Origin: Desulfomonilia bacterium
GTDB taxonomy: Bacteria > Desulfobacterota > Desulfomonilia > UBA1062
NCBI GenBank assembly: GCA_963664325.2
Contig: CAXXDQ010000004.1
Location: 736,001 to 800,000, forward strand
Direction of reading: 5' to 3'
Length of the DNA stretch: 64,000 nt
The notes under the pieces are model-generated. The model was not told the DNA's origin, searched no databases, and saw only the letters and a list, made by a program, of their open reading frames with translations. Below are positions 38,930 through 48,937 of the stretch, piece after piece; within the stretch, counting starts at the first letter, position 1; every line of letters begins with the position of its first letter. The position numbers and the translations under genes are program-made.

Positions 38930-41101
38930 ATGAAAAGAAACATTAAATTATTATTGATAATGATGATACCGCTGCTGGTATTGTCGGGGTGTATTATATC
39001 ATCCAACCCCCCGGCCGGTACCATTAAGCTAACCTGGGGCCAGAGCCAGACCTTCAAGGTTATCGGCATAGGGACCAATCAATGGTATCTGGACAGCGCC
39101 CCGCTTACAGGCGAGACCAAATCCAGCTATGTTTTCAAGAGTACCGAACATGTGCTCGGGACCTATCAGCTCAAGGTCATATCGACATCTCCGTTAGGCA
39201 ACGGTGAGCGCGACTGGACGATCACGGTAAGCTCTGTTCCGGTCCTTGTACCTGCTGCAGCAGGCTGTGCTGATGTCTGGGGCGTGGGCCTCGTCTGCTC
39301 CACTGAAACCAGTTGCAGCGACACTGTGGCTGAAGGAGAAGTGATCACCCAGTCGCCTGCGGCAGGTAAAAGCGTACCGGCAGGCTCGACCGTGCAGCTG
39401 ACCCTTTCCTCCGGCCTGTGCGGCATCCACGAGATCAAGGTGCCTGCGGCGATCAGCTGCGCATCCGTCGAGGCGGCAGGTTTCGTATGCAGCACGACAA
39501 CAAGCTGCAGCAACGATGTGCCGGCCGGAATAGTCCTCGAACAGACTCCGGCTGCCGACACGATGGCCATGCCTGGCACCACGGTCAACCTGGTCCTCTC
39601 ATCAGGCCCGTGCACTGCCGAGGTCGAGGTGCCGAACGCGACGAGCTGCGCCGACGTCGAAGCGGCGGGCTTTGTCTGCAGCCGTTTATACGAGTGCAGC
39701 ATGACCGTGCCCATAGACGCTGTGATCAGCCAGTCACCGTCTCCAGGCATGATGGAGATGCCGGGCTCGGTCGTAGAACTGACGCTTTCCTCAGGAATAT
39801 GCAAGATGCAGGTACCGGACGCGACCACGTGCGAGGAACTCACGGAAGTGGGCCTTGTCTGCAACCTGGTGAATGTATGCGACAACGCGCATCCGACGCC
39901 AGGCGAATTCATAAGCCTGAGCCCGGTCGCAGGAACGCCAATCGCACCTGGCGCGACAGTGACGCTCACGCAGTCTATCGGCCCGTGCACCGTGATTGTG
40001 CCTGATGCTGCGAGCTGCGCAGACATAACCGCAACCGGCTGGCTCACATGCAACCTCGTAACCGAGTGCAACGACGATATCCCGGCCGGAAATAAAATCA
40101 GCCAGAACCCGGCACCCGGCACTGAGGTGGCCGCCGGATCATCTGTCGAGCTGGTCATCAGCACCGGCAAATGCCCTGTAATGCTGCCCACGCCGACAAA
40201 CGTGAGCGCGACCGACGTGGTCCTGACCTCTCAGACCGACCCGATGCTCAACCACAACCTGAACGACAGGGTTACGGTGACATGGACAGGGGTCGCAGGC
40301 GCCGAGTACTACAAGGTCTACCGCGCCGACTCTCCAGTCAGCACATACAACTACATCGGCAGGACAGTAGGGACAGAGACCACATACAACGACATGCAGA
40401 GCGCGCAGACCATTCCGACCCTGGTGATACCACCGATGCCCGACATGCCGAACGGCCAGGGCAAGCAGGCCCAGAACTCGGCAGCGCTGGATGCCTACGA
40501 ACTCGTGGTAAGGCCTATTGTCCAGCAGTTCAAGGACTTCAAGTATTACAAGGTGAAGGCCTCAACCACAGACCCGGCATTCCTGGACAGCGCGTTCAGC
40601 AACTATGACGAGGGGCGCATGGACTACACGCTCGACGAGTTCTACGTCGTCTCGAAGGGCGTAATCGATGGCATACCGCTTGCGAGGCTGATGATAGCCG
40701 GCGACCCGATAGGCCTGGGCACGAACGCATACTGGTATGACAACTGCGGCGACGGCAACATGCACTTCACCATTACCATATCGGGCACAAGCGGCCTGAT
40801 CACCATGACCGTCACCAACTTCGTCGAGTCCGCGTACTTCAACCTGCTGAACAACACCATGGACTGCAGCCCGACAAAGAGAAAGCAGATGATAACCAAT
40901 ACCGTGAACCCCGTTTCAGGCACGGTAAACACCAGCATGAACGGCACTTTGACAAGTGCGGGGGGATTGGTGGTCACCGGTAACTATGTAGGTAAGATGA
41001 CCACCATAAGCATCCCGGTCACAGGTGGGAACATAATGCCAGGCACATGCACAATCATCTACAACGGCCAGACCGTAACCGGTCATGCGTTCGAGTTCTA
41101 G
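38930..41101 (+). CDS. Cassette 4 gene B: Cys-PASTA x5 / FN3 lipoprotein
   Basis: Closest to B2; ends HAFEF. Confidence 0.87.
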   Translation: MKRNIKLLLIMMIPLLVLSGCIISSNPPAGTIKLTWGQSQTFKVIGIGTNQWYLDSAPLTGETKSSYVFKSTEHVLGTYQLKVISTSPLGNGERDWTITVSSVPVLVPAAAGCADVWGVGLVCSTETSCSDTVAEGEVITQSPAAGKSVPAGSTVQLTLSSGLCGIHEIKVPAAISCASVEAAGFVCSTTTSCSNDVPAGIVLEQTPAADTMAMPGTTVNLVLSSGPCTAEVEVPNATSCADVEAAGFVCSRLYECSMTVPIDAVISQSPSPGMMEMPGSVVELTLSSGICKMQVPDATTCEELTEVGLVCNLVNVCDNAHPTPGEFISLSPVAGTPIAPGATVTLTQSIGPCTVIVPDAASCADITATGWLTCNLVTECNDDIPAGNKISQNPAPGTEVAAGSSVELVISTGKCPVMLPTPTNVSATDVVLTSQTDPMLNHNLNDRVTVTWTGVAGAEYYKVYRADSPVSTYNYIGRTVGTETTYNDMQSAQTIPTLVIPPMPDMPNGQGKQAQNSAALDAYELVVRPIVQQFKDFKYYKVKASTTDPAFLDSAFSNYDEGRMDYTLDEFYVVSKGVIDGIPLARLMIAGDPIGLGTNAYWYDNCGDGNMHFTITISGTSGLITMTVTNFVESAYFNLLNNTMDCSPTKRKQMITNTVNPVSGTVNTSMNGTLTSAGGLVVTGNYVGKMTTISIPVTGGNIMPGTCTIIYNGQTVTGHAFEF

Positions 41102-41116
41102 GATGAGGAGGATGTT

Positions 41117-43612
41117 ATGATAAGAAAACATCTATTATTGATATTTATCGTAATGGTCACGGCCATACTGGGCGGGTGCGTCATAAACAGAACACCCGCA
41201 TCCAATGATGTAAACGTGCAGCTGGGTACCACGAAGGATTTCAGCGTATATGCGATACCGGGCGACGGTGCCTATAAATGGACACTGGACGGAGAAGTCC
41301 TGACGGAAACGACCGACAAGTACACCTTCACGGCGACTGTATCTGGCAAGCATGTCCTCATGGTCGAGGTTCCGCCTTCAATAGGCGTCAAGACACAGGC
41401 ATGGACAATCCACGTGAACTTCAAGCCTGTTGCCGATGCGGGGCCAGCCCAGCTCGTGGGCGAGAACGTGCTCGTGACTCTGGACGGGTCGAACTCACAT
41501 GACCCCGACGGCGATATAACTACCTATGCCTGGGTACAGACAGACGGGCCTGAGGTCACGCTTGACGATGCGAGCGCGATTCAGCCGACCTTCACCAGCC
41601 CACCAGTCCCGATAGGCGGGGTGTCCCTGGGCTTCGACCTGACAGTGACTGACTCTACAGGGCTGACTTCCACAGCGAGCACCATCGTGAACGTCTCTTG
41701 GGGCAACCTGCCGCCGACAGCGAACGCAGGCCCGGACCAGACCGTAGATGAGCAGACCCTTGTCACCCTTGACGGTTCAGGCTCGACCGACCCGGACGAC
41801 GGGATAGCAACATACGCCTGGAAGCAGCTTGCAGGCCCGAGGGTGGTACTCTCAGACCCGGCGGCAGTAATGCCTACATTCACGACGCCGGATGTTGGCT
41901 CTTCAGGAGAGGTCATCCAGTTCAAACTGACGGTGACTGACGTGGGCGGACTGAAATCAACGGACACGGTCATCATCAACGTAAGCTGGGTAAACATACC
42001 GCCCGTGGCCAATGCAGGACCTGACCAGACAGTTGCCGAGGGCAGTGTCGTGACGCTCGACGGTTCAGCCTCATCCGACATCGATGACCCGATAACCACA
42101 TATGCCTGGATCCAGACCGCAGGACCGTCGGTCACGCTCTCTAACCCGGCAGCTGTCAAGCCCACATTCACTACGCCGGACGTCAACATAGGCGGGGCGA
42201 TACTGACCTTCCAGCTGACCGTGACCGACAAGGGCGGCCTGCAGTCCACAGACTCAGTGGACATAAACGTCACCTGGGTGAACGCGCCGCCTGTGGCCGA
42301 AGCGGGGCCCAACCAGAATGTAGGCAGATACACAACAGTATACCTCGACGGCACGGGCTCTCACGACCCGGATTCCGACGGCATAGCATCCTATCTCTGG
42401 ACGCAGACCGCCGGCACAACGGTGACCCTTATCAACGCCACTTCGTCAATAGCATCGTTCTTCGCATCACCTGCGATCGGATCGACCTTCACATTCCAGC
42501 TGAAGGTTACCGACCCGAGCGGGCTCAACTCAACAGACACATGCATAGTCAAGATCACCACCGAAGGGCCAGTCTACAAAAAGATCTCCGGCGGGATGAA
42601 CTTCTCATTGGCGATCAAGGCTGACGGAACCCTGTGGGCATGGGGCACCAACGGCTTCGCCCAGCTCGGCGACGGCACCACGGTTAACAAGGAGCTCCCG
42701 GAGCAGATAGGCACCGGCACAAACTGGGTGAGCGTAGCAGCCGGCGACAACTTCAGCCTCGGAATCAAGTCCGACGGCACGCTCTGGGCATGGGGACTCA
42801 ACAACCACGGGCAGCTCGGTCTCGGGGACACCGTGACAAGGCTTGTCCCGACAAAGGTAGGCTCGGCACAGTGGGTCTCAATTGATGCCGGATCCGCCCA
42901 TTCAGTCGGCCTGCTGTCGGACGGCACGCTGCAGGCCTGGGGCTATGGCGCCTACGGCCAGCTCGGAAGCGGCGGCTTGTCTGATCAGCTCACCCCGTCA
43001 TACGTGGGCGACGGCCTTCCAGGCTGGAGGATGATCAGCGCAGGCCGCAACCACACCGCGGCGATCGACGGCAACGGCAAGCTCTGGACATGCGGCCGAA
43101 ACAGCTATGGCCAGCTCGGCATAGGCAGCTACGTCGACCAGGCATCACTCACGCAGGTCGGCACAGCGACCAACTGGGAGTATGCAAGCGCAGGCGATGA
43201 CCATACGGTTGCCAAGACGACCACCGGGCAGCTCTGGTCCTTCGGAAAGAACCTGCAGGGCCAGCTCGGCCTCGGCGACACCACATCAAGGAATGCCCCT
43301 GTGCAGATAGGCACGGCCACAAACTGGAGCTCGGTTGACACCGGCGCCGCGAACACTGCGGCCATCAAGACCGATGGTACTCTCTGGTGCTGGGGCTACA
43401 ACAGCAACGGTCAGATCGGCGACGGCACGACGACCAACAGGACATCACCGACCGCGATCGACGGAACCGGCTGGCTCAGTGCATCTGTCGGATATTTCCA
43501 CACCATGGGGGTCAAGTCAGACGGTACGCTCTGGTGCTGGGGCCTCAACTCCTTCGGACAGCTCGGCCTTGGCGACCTGGTTGACAGGCTTGTCCCGACC
43601 CAGACCTACTGA
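41117..43612 (+). CDS. Cassette 4 gene C: PKD x4 + RCC1-like propeller lipoprotein
   Basis: ILGGC lipobox; closest to C2 (both contain [11 protein letters not shown]). Confidence 0.88.
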   Translation: MIRKHLLLIFIVMVTAILGGCVINRTPASNDVNVQLGTTKDFSVYAIPGDGAYKWTLDGEVLTETTDKYTFTATVSGKHVLMVEVPPSIGVKTQAWTIHVNFKPVADAGPAQLVGENVLVTLDGSNSHDPDGDITTYAWVQTDGPEVTLDDASAIQPTFTSPPVPIGGVSLGFDLTVTDSTGLTSTASTIVNVSWGNLPPTANAGPDQTVDEQTLVTLDGSGSTDPDDGIATYAWKQLAGPRVVLSDPAAVMPTFTTPDVGSSGEVIQFKLTVTDVGGLKSTDTVIINVSWVNIPPVANAGPDQTVAEGSVVTLDGSASSDIDDPITTYAWIQTAGPSVTLSNPAAVKPTFTTPDVNIGGAILTFQLTVTDKGGLQSTDSVDINVTWVNAPPVAEAGPNQNVGRYTTVYLDGTGSHDPDSDGIASYLWTQTAGTTVTLINATSSIASFFASPAIGSTFTFQLKVTDPSGLNSTDTCIVKITTEGPVYKKISGGMNFSLAIKADGTLWAWGTNGFAQLGDGTTVNKELPEQIGTGTNWVSVAAGDNFSLGIKSDGTLWAWGLNNHGQLGLGDTVTRLVPTKVGSAQWVSIDAGSAHSVGLLSDGTLQAWGYGAYGQLGSGGLSDQLTPSYVGDGLPGWRMISAGRNHTAAIDGNGKLWTCGRNSYGQLGIGSYVDQASLTQVGTATNWEYASAGDDHTVAKTTTGQLWSFGKNLQGQLGLGDTTSRNAPVQIGTATNWSSVDTGAANTAAIKTDGTLWCWGYNSNGQIGDGTTTNRTSPTAIDGTGWLSASVGYFHTMGVKSDGTLWCWGLNSFGQLGLGDLVDRLVPTQTY

Positions 43613-43668
43613 CAGGCTGGTGAGGAGACCAGAAAAGTTACACACAATAGTAGTGTAATGTAGTCAAA

Positions 43669-43703
43669 GCAGCGGCCGGTGGCTTGAAGCCACCGGCCGC
43701 TGC
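43669..43703 (+). terminator. Strong GC hairpin after block 2 (no U-tract)
   Basis: GCAGCGGCCGGTGGCTT-G-AAGCCACCGGCCGCTGC perfect inverted repeat. Confidence 0.55.
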
Positions 43704-43746
43704 TGCCATTCAGGGCTGTGAGAATAAAAATCCATGGGGGTGGATC

Positions 43747-44436
43747 ATGCTGTTTGATGCTAAAATAAAAACCTTTCTATCATCTTTCATCTGCATTACA
43801 TTATTCTCAATCCCTCTCTTTGCACTTCCCCCCGAAATAATAAAGGCTATCAAACCATCAAAGGTGCTGGAAATCTCGAAGAACAACAAGAAAGACATCC
43901 TGCACCTCCAATCCGAGGCGAATCTGCCCAACTACGTTAAGCTGCATCTTGACAAGGGCGACCTTAACACCGAGCTGAAAGGCATCATCCTTGAATATGT
44001 CTATGCAGGGCACGGCCTTGAGATATCAGGACCAGGGCTGACCAAATACATGTTCCCTTTCCTCGGCATCGAAGGCAAACCCGTTACCTGTGCCGGAAGA
44101 TTCAAGGCCAATGAAAAGACCGTCCATCCGACACTGACGGGCGTTAAAGAGGTGGAATTCTCCTGCGGGTGCTCCCCTTCCGCCGCATATTTCATCTGCA
44201 ACAATCCGGATATCACACCGCTGCTGACAGATCAGTATAACTCCAGTGCAGCGATCGCATTCAGATATGGAAAAGGATGGGTCATCGCTTTCGACAGGCC
44301 GCTAAAGTGCATACCGGACATGAAGAATTCGAGCGATGCCAAATACGACACCTACAGGTTAGCGATTAATATCGACCAGTGGCTGAGCGGTTTCCCCGTG
44401 CCAGGCACCCCTTTCCAGCTGCATTTACACCGCTGA
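43747..44436 (+). CDS. Hypothetical exported protein
   Basis: Signal-like N-terminus (FLSSFICITLFSIPLFA); no family recognised. Confidence 0.6.
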   Translation: MLFDAKIKTFLSSFICITLFSIPLFALPPEIIKAIKPSKVLEISKNNKKDILHLQSEANLPNYVKLHLDKGDLNTELKGIILEYVYAGHGLEISGPGLTKYMFPFLGIEGKPVTCAGRFKANEKTVHPTLTGVKEVEFSCGCSPSAAYFICNNPDITPLLTDQYNSSAAIAFRYGKGWVIAFDRPLKCIPDMKNSSDAKYDTYRLAINIDQWLSGFPVPGTPFQLHLHR

Positions 44437-44502
44437 AATATCCACCAGGGATAACCTGCAGCACACTCAACACTGTTCTCGATCATATCCCTATATCTTT
44501 TG

Positions 44503-45180
44503 TCAAATGTCTGTGGGTGAGCCCATGCTTGTTTGAGCACCGTTGAGGTTCACCCGGTTGTTATGCCGCGACCAGTAAATGGCGGCCAGGATCATGATGG
44601 AAAAAAGACACATCGTTCCACCAACTGAAAGCCTCTGCTGCAGGCCAATATAATGATGCAAGAATCGACCATGTCTCAATGCCCAGATAGTACCGCCTAC
44701 ATCGGCTACGGGAAACAGTGCCCACAAGCAAAATAGCGACTTGTAAGCGGGACGATCAGACCACGCGGGATGGTTCAGGGCTATGAGCACAATTGCCGGG
44801 GCCGACAAGCACGCAGTGGCCACAACAGAGATTATATGAACCGGCGAATGATAATTAAAGGCGCCGCACATCACCATGCCCAGTCCGCAAATGGCGGCCA
44901 GAGCTAAACCTGCCTCTCCCAGGCGACCGAACAGATGGGACCTGATAACCCATGCGGAGACACCCGCCAGGGCCGCACCGGGGAAAATGAGCCCACCCCA
45001 GATCGCGAGGTAACGATAGGGGGAGGAGCTAAGAGCAAGGTTGCTGATCGGTTCCAATCGGGTCACGTAGCCCGGGGTGTTCATGCTGGCGATGAGGACG
45101 GAAAATATGTGCACCACCGGTATTGCAACCATAATGGCCGCGATAAGGGCCGACGGGTCTCGTCGAGATGTCCTGCTCAT
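44503..45180 (-). CDS. DUF998-like membrane protein
   Basis: PGY....PISNLA and GLQQR motifs, ~6 TM; 2 nt downstream of lgt. Confidence 0.65.
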   Translation of the reverse strand: MSRTSRRDPSALIAAIMVAIPVVHIFSVLIASMNTPGYVTRLEPISNLALSSSPYRYLAIWGGLIFPGAALAGVSAWVIRSHLFGRLGEAGLALAAICGLGMVMCGAFNYHSPVHIISVVATACLSAPAIVLIALNHPAWSDRPAYKSLFCLWALFPVADVGGTIWALRHGRFLHHYIGLQQRLSVGGTMCLFSIMILAAIYWSRHNNRVNLNGAQTSMGSPTDI

Positions 45181-45182
45181 TG

Positions 45183-46040
45183 CTAGCGGCCTTCCGATGA
45201 GGTTGTATTTTTTAAGGGCTGCGCAGCAGGCTCCTGCCTGGTCAGATCATTTTTCGCCCTTGCATAAAGGTATAAAAATATTCCAAATCCCATCATCATA
45301 AAGCACATGACCTGCCCAATGGTGAAGGGGCCGATCACAAACCCTATCTGGGGGTCGGGCTGCCTGAAGAATTCGAGGATAAACCTGAAAAGACCGTAGA
45401 AGAAAATAAATGCGGATAATATCACCCCGTTGATCTTGGATTTATAACTGATGAAATAAAGGATCAGGAACAGCACTAGCCCCTCAAGGAAGGCCTCATA
45501 CAGCTGGGATGGATGCTTTGGTTCAGGCCCCCCGGAAGGAAATACCATGCCCCATGGGACATCGGTGGTGCGGCCGTACAGTTCGCCCTGGATGAAATTC
45601 CCTATCCTTCCGAAGAAAAGGCCCGGAGGCGCACTAATGGCACCGAGATCGGCCAGCATAAGGAATTTTACCCCCCTTCTCCTGCTATATATATATCCTG
45701 CAATCAATAAACCGATCAGGCCTCCATGAAATGACATCCCTCCAAACAATAGCATGGAAACAGGATGGGAAACAAACCATGAGAAGTTGTATACCAGGTC
45801 GTCGAACAGCCTGGCCCCTATCAACAGCCCCGGGATGGGATACATGAAAAGGTCTTTTAATGAGCTCGTTATACCGGAACGACTCCAGCTTTCGATCATC
45901 GGCATTCCGACCTGTCTTCTTTTCGCCTCTGATTTGTATATTACGAAAGCTATTGTGAAACCGATAATATACATCACCCAGTACCACCGGAGATCAACTC
46001 CCCACAAATGGATAAAAGGATCTATATTCGGGTATTTCAT
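45183..46040 (-). CDS. lgt: Prolipoprotein diacylglyceryl transferase
   Basis: MKYPNIDP..LRWY, GARL, GGMSFHGG, GRIGNFIQGELYGR, HPSQLYE, RFILEFFRQPD. Confidence 0.93.
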   Translation of the reverse strand: MKYPNIDPFIHLWGVDLRWYWVMYIIGFTIAFVIYKSEAKRRQVGMPMIESWSRSGITSSLKDLFMYPIPGLLIGARLFDDLVYNFSWFVSHPVSMLLFGGMSFHGGLIGLLIAGYIYSRRRGVKFLMLADLGAISAPPGLFFGRIGNFIQGELYGRTTDVPWGMVFPSGGPEPKHPSQLYEAFLEGLVLFLILYFISYKSKINGVILSAFIFFYGLFRFILEFFRQPDPQIGFVIGPFTIGQVMCFMMMGFGIFLYLYARAKNDLTRQEPAAQPLKNTTSSEGR

Positions 46041-46097
46041 ATCCTGTATGTTTCTCACAACAAAGGCCTCAAAGTCAATATCCCTGCAGTTGGCTAT

Positions 46098-46754
46098 AAG
46101 GAAGGATTTCACGCGGGAGAATGGGTCCCCTGACGAAACCGCGTATCTGTTAACCCACTACCTGGCCGTGTGCAGGGCTGCCATGGAGCGGAACCGCGAC
46201 GAGTCGGCCGAAGCCACTCTTCAGGGCATCAGCGAAGTGCTCGAAGGCACAAGGGCGGAATTCACCATAGTATATCCATGCCACTCGCCGGAGAATCGGC
46301 GCAGGTTCATCATGCGCGTTTCGGCCTTGCAGGAACCCGAAACAGGCATAGTGATTGCCCATAATGACATCACCTGACGCAAGCAGGCGGAAGAGGACCT
46401 GAAGAGGAACGAAAACAAGTACAACACCTTGTTCAACAAGGCATCGATCTCCATGGTGCTGTCGCAGCAGCCGCATTACATCATTGTCGATGTCAATGAT
46501 GCGTGGATAGAATTATTCGGCTATACAAGAGACGAGGCCTCGGCAAGAACGCCATAGAGCTCATCATCAATCGTGATTATGCTGGGCGCACAGAGATGCT
46601 CGCAGAAGTTCAATCCCATGGTCAGATCGTCAAGCGGGAACAAAAGTTATTTACAAAGTCCGGCGATCCGATAACTGTTTTGACAAACATCTTCAAAGTC
46701 GAGATCGGGGACCGCACTTATTTTTTCAGTTCCATACAGGACATCAAAGATTAA
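46098..46754 (+). pseudogene. Decayed PAS-PAS sensor fragment, paralog of the N-terminus of kinase 24472-27081
   Basis: FTRENGS..AYL..YLAVCRAAMERNRDESAEATLQGISEVLEGTRAEFTIVYPCHSP..RFIMRVSA..GIVIAHNDIT*RKQAEE, then a frameshifted second PAS; no start codon and no kinase domain. Confidence 0.85.
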
Positions 46755-46917
46755 CTGACCATCCTGATAAAAATGGAACTCTTGTGCAGTTCACAACAAG
46801 AAAAGATAAAGAACCATTCTGATATTAAAATGTATAAATAATATTACATAAGCCTTGACAAAAACTTAATGGCAGACTAATGACTAGTTAATCAATAGTA
46901 TTAATAGGAAGATGGAA

Positions 46918-47361
46918 ATGATGAAGCTGTCGACCAGGACAAGATACGGGGTAAGGATGATGCTGGATCTGGCGCAGAAGTACGGAAGCGGGCCAGTACT
47001 TCTTAAAGACATTGCGCGCAAGGAGGACCTGTCCGAGAAATACCTGAGCCTGATCGTGCTGCCGCTGAAGGCCTCCGGCTTGCTGAAAGCGCTCAGGGGT
47101 TCAAGCGGCGGCTATACACTGTCAAGGGACCCCTCCAAGATTACACTGAAGGAAATTGTTGAAAGCCTTGAGGGTAAGATCTTTCTTGTGGATTGCGTGC
47201 CAGACCCCAAATCATGCACACGTTCCGGCGTCTGTGCCACAAGGGATGTCTGGCAGGTGGTTGCGGATAAAATGACAGGGACGCTTGAATCGATTACACT
47301 TTCGGACCTGGTGAGGATAAGCAGGGAAAAGTCTGGTGGCAGCAGCAATTACAATATCTGA
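46918..47361 (+). CDS. Rrf2-family regulator (IscR-like, 3 Cys)
   Basis: MKLSTRTRYGVR..RGSSGGYTLSRDP..VDCVPDPKSCTRSGVCATR; TTGACA at 46855 upstream. Confidence 0.88.
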   Translation: MMKLSTRTRYGVRMMLDLAQKYGSGPVLLKDIARKEDLSEKYLSLIVLPLKASGLLKALRGSSGGYTLSRDPSKITLKEIVESLEGKIFLVDCVPDPKSCTRSGVCATRDVWQVVADKMTGTLESITLSDLVRISREKSGGSSNYNI

Positions 47362-47371
47362 GAGGAATAAT

Positions 47372-48541
47372 ATGGACAGAATATATCTGGATCATGCGGC
47401 AACGACACCGGTTGCAAAAGAAGTAGCGGAGGCTATGATGCCATGCTTCACCGGAGTCTATGGAAACCCGTCGAGCCTTCATTCATACGGACTCGATGCC
47501 AGGGATATAATGGAGGCATCGAGGCTCAAGATCGCATCCTTCATAAATGCCCGCGAGGACGAGATCGTATTTACGGGTTCGGGTACTGAAAGCGACAACA
47601 CAGTTATAAAAGGAATTGCCTTTGCACTCAGAGAAAAGGGCAATCACATGATAACTACAGCCCTCGAACATCATGCCATACACGAACCCCTGCATTTTCT
47701 TGAGGAGCAGGGCCTTAAGGTAACATACCTCCCCAATGACGGCACTGGACTTGTCGACCCTGGTGATCTGAAAAAAGCGATCACGGACAAGACAATCCTT
47801 GTAAGCATCATGCACGCTAACAATGAGATAGGGACCATAGAGCCTGTCAAAGCCCTTGGCGCGGTCTGCCGCGAGGCGGGTGTCGCTTTTCACACAGATG
47901 CCGTCCAGACGTTCGGACACCTTCCCATTGACGTTATTGATATGAATATTGATCTGCTCAGCGCATCGGCCCACAAGCTTTACGGTCCCAAAGGCGTCGG
48001 ACTGCTCTATATAAGGAAAGGGGTTAAGCTGACGCCCCTTCTTCACGGTGGAGACCAGGAAAAAAGGAGGCGAGCATCAACCCAGAATGTACCGGGAATA
48101 GCAGGTTTCAGCCGGGCAGTGGAGCTTGCTGAAAAAGAGATGCTGCCTGAATCAATAAGACAGGCAGCTCTAAGGGACAGGCTCATCAGGGAACTGCTCG
48201 GGGCCATCCCGGAAAGCAGGCTTAACGGCCATCCTGTCCTCAGGCTCCCGAACAATGCGAACATATCGTTCGCCTATGTCGAAGGTGAGGCCATGCTGCT
48301 GAACCTGGATATGGAAGGTATTGCCGCATCGACAGGCAGCGCCTGTACATCCTCCAGCCTTGAACCGTCGCATGTGCTGACTGCGTGCGGCCTTACCCAC
48401 GAACTGGCCCACGGGTCACTGAGGTTTTCCCTGGGACGGGGCACGACAGAGGAAGAAATCGATCACGTGATCCGGGTATTGCCGCCGGTGATAGCAAAAC
48501 TCAGGGCGATGTCGCCTCTGTATAAAAAAGGAGTAAGATAA
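47372..48541 (+). CDS. iscS: Cysteine desulfurase (IscS/NifS)
   Basis: [34 protein letters not shown]. Confidence 0.93.
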   Translation: MDRIYLDHAATTPVAKEVAEAMMPCFTGVYGNPSSLHSYGLDARDIMEASRLKIASFINAREDEIVFTGSGTESDNTVIKGIAFALREKGNHMITTALEHHAIHEPLHFLEEQGLKVTYLPNDGTGLVDPGDLKKAITDKTILVSIMHANNEIGTIEPVKALGAVCREAGVAFHTDAVQTFGHLPIDVIDMNIDLLSASAHKLYGPKGVGLLYIRKGVKLTPLLHGGDQEKRRRASTQNVPGIAGFSRAVELAEKEMLPESIRQAALRDRLIRELLGAIPESRLNGHPVLRLPNNANISFAYVEGEAMLLNLDMEGIAASTGSACTSSSLEPSHVLTACGLTHELAHGSLRFSLGRGTTEEEIDHVIRVLPPVIAKLRAMSPLYKKGVR

Positions 48542-48933
48542 TGGATAGTACATGCAGGATTTACAATGAAAAGGTGATGGATCACTTCAAGAATCCGAGA
48601 AACGTCGGTGAAGTCGAAAATGCTGACGCGACAGGTACAGCCGGCAATCCCCAGTGCGGAGATATCATGGAGCTTTCTCTGAAAGTGGATAACGATGTGA
48701 TAACCGACGTGAAATTCAAGACATTCGGCTGCGGTGCGGCCATTGCTACAAGTTCGATGGTGACCGAACTCGTCAAGGGAAAGACCCTCGATGAGGCGCT
48801 TGGGGTTTCCAACAAGGCCGTTGCCGAGGCCCTGGGCGGCCTGCCGCCTATCAAGATGCACTGTTCAGTGCTGGCCGAGGAGGCGCTCCAGGCCGCAATA
48901 GAGGATTACAGGAAAAAGCATCCCAGGGAATAG
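48541..48933 (+). CDS. iscU: Fe-S scaffold protein IscU/NifU-N
   Basis: [34 protein letters not shown]. Confidence 0.93.
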   Translation: MDSTCRIYNEKVMDHFKNPRNVGEVENADATGTAGNPQCGDIMELSLKVDNDVITDVKFKTFGCGAAIATSSMVTELVKGKTLDEALGVSNKAVAEALGGLPPIKMHCSVLAEEALQAAIEDYRKKHPRE

Positions 48934-48937
48934 CGTC

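Noticed and set aside
39166-40191. Long antisense ORFs over the A/B/C genes (for example 341, 257 and 232 aa)
   Set aside because: These are shadow frames expected from GC-rich repetitive coding sequence, with no RBS or domain signal.
8341-43612. Diversity-generating retroelement or invertase-type shufflon as the source of A-tip variation
   Set aside because: No reverse transcriptase, recombinase or template/variable repeat pair with adenine-specific differences is visible. The tips differ throughout and all cassettes are co-oriented. A trans-acting element outside the window cannot be excluded.
46375-46377. Selenocysteine or TGA read-through in the PAS fragment (also the TGA at 8241)
   Set aside because: The TGA aligns with Glu of DITE (and Gly in the leader unit), not Cys; further lesions accompany it, and TGA is used as a normal stop in this window.
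45754-46377. 207-aa plus-strand ORF as an intact PAS protein
   Set aside because: Its first half is antisense to lgt and only the last ~90 aa are PAS-like, so it is treated as a pseudogene fragment.
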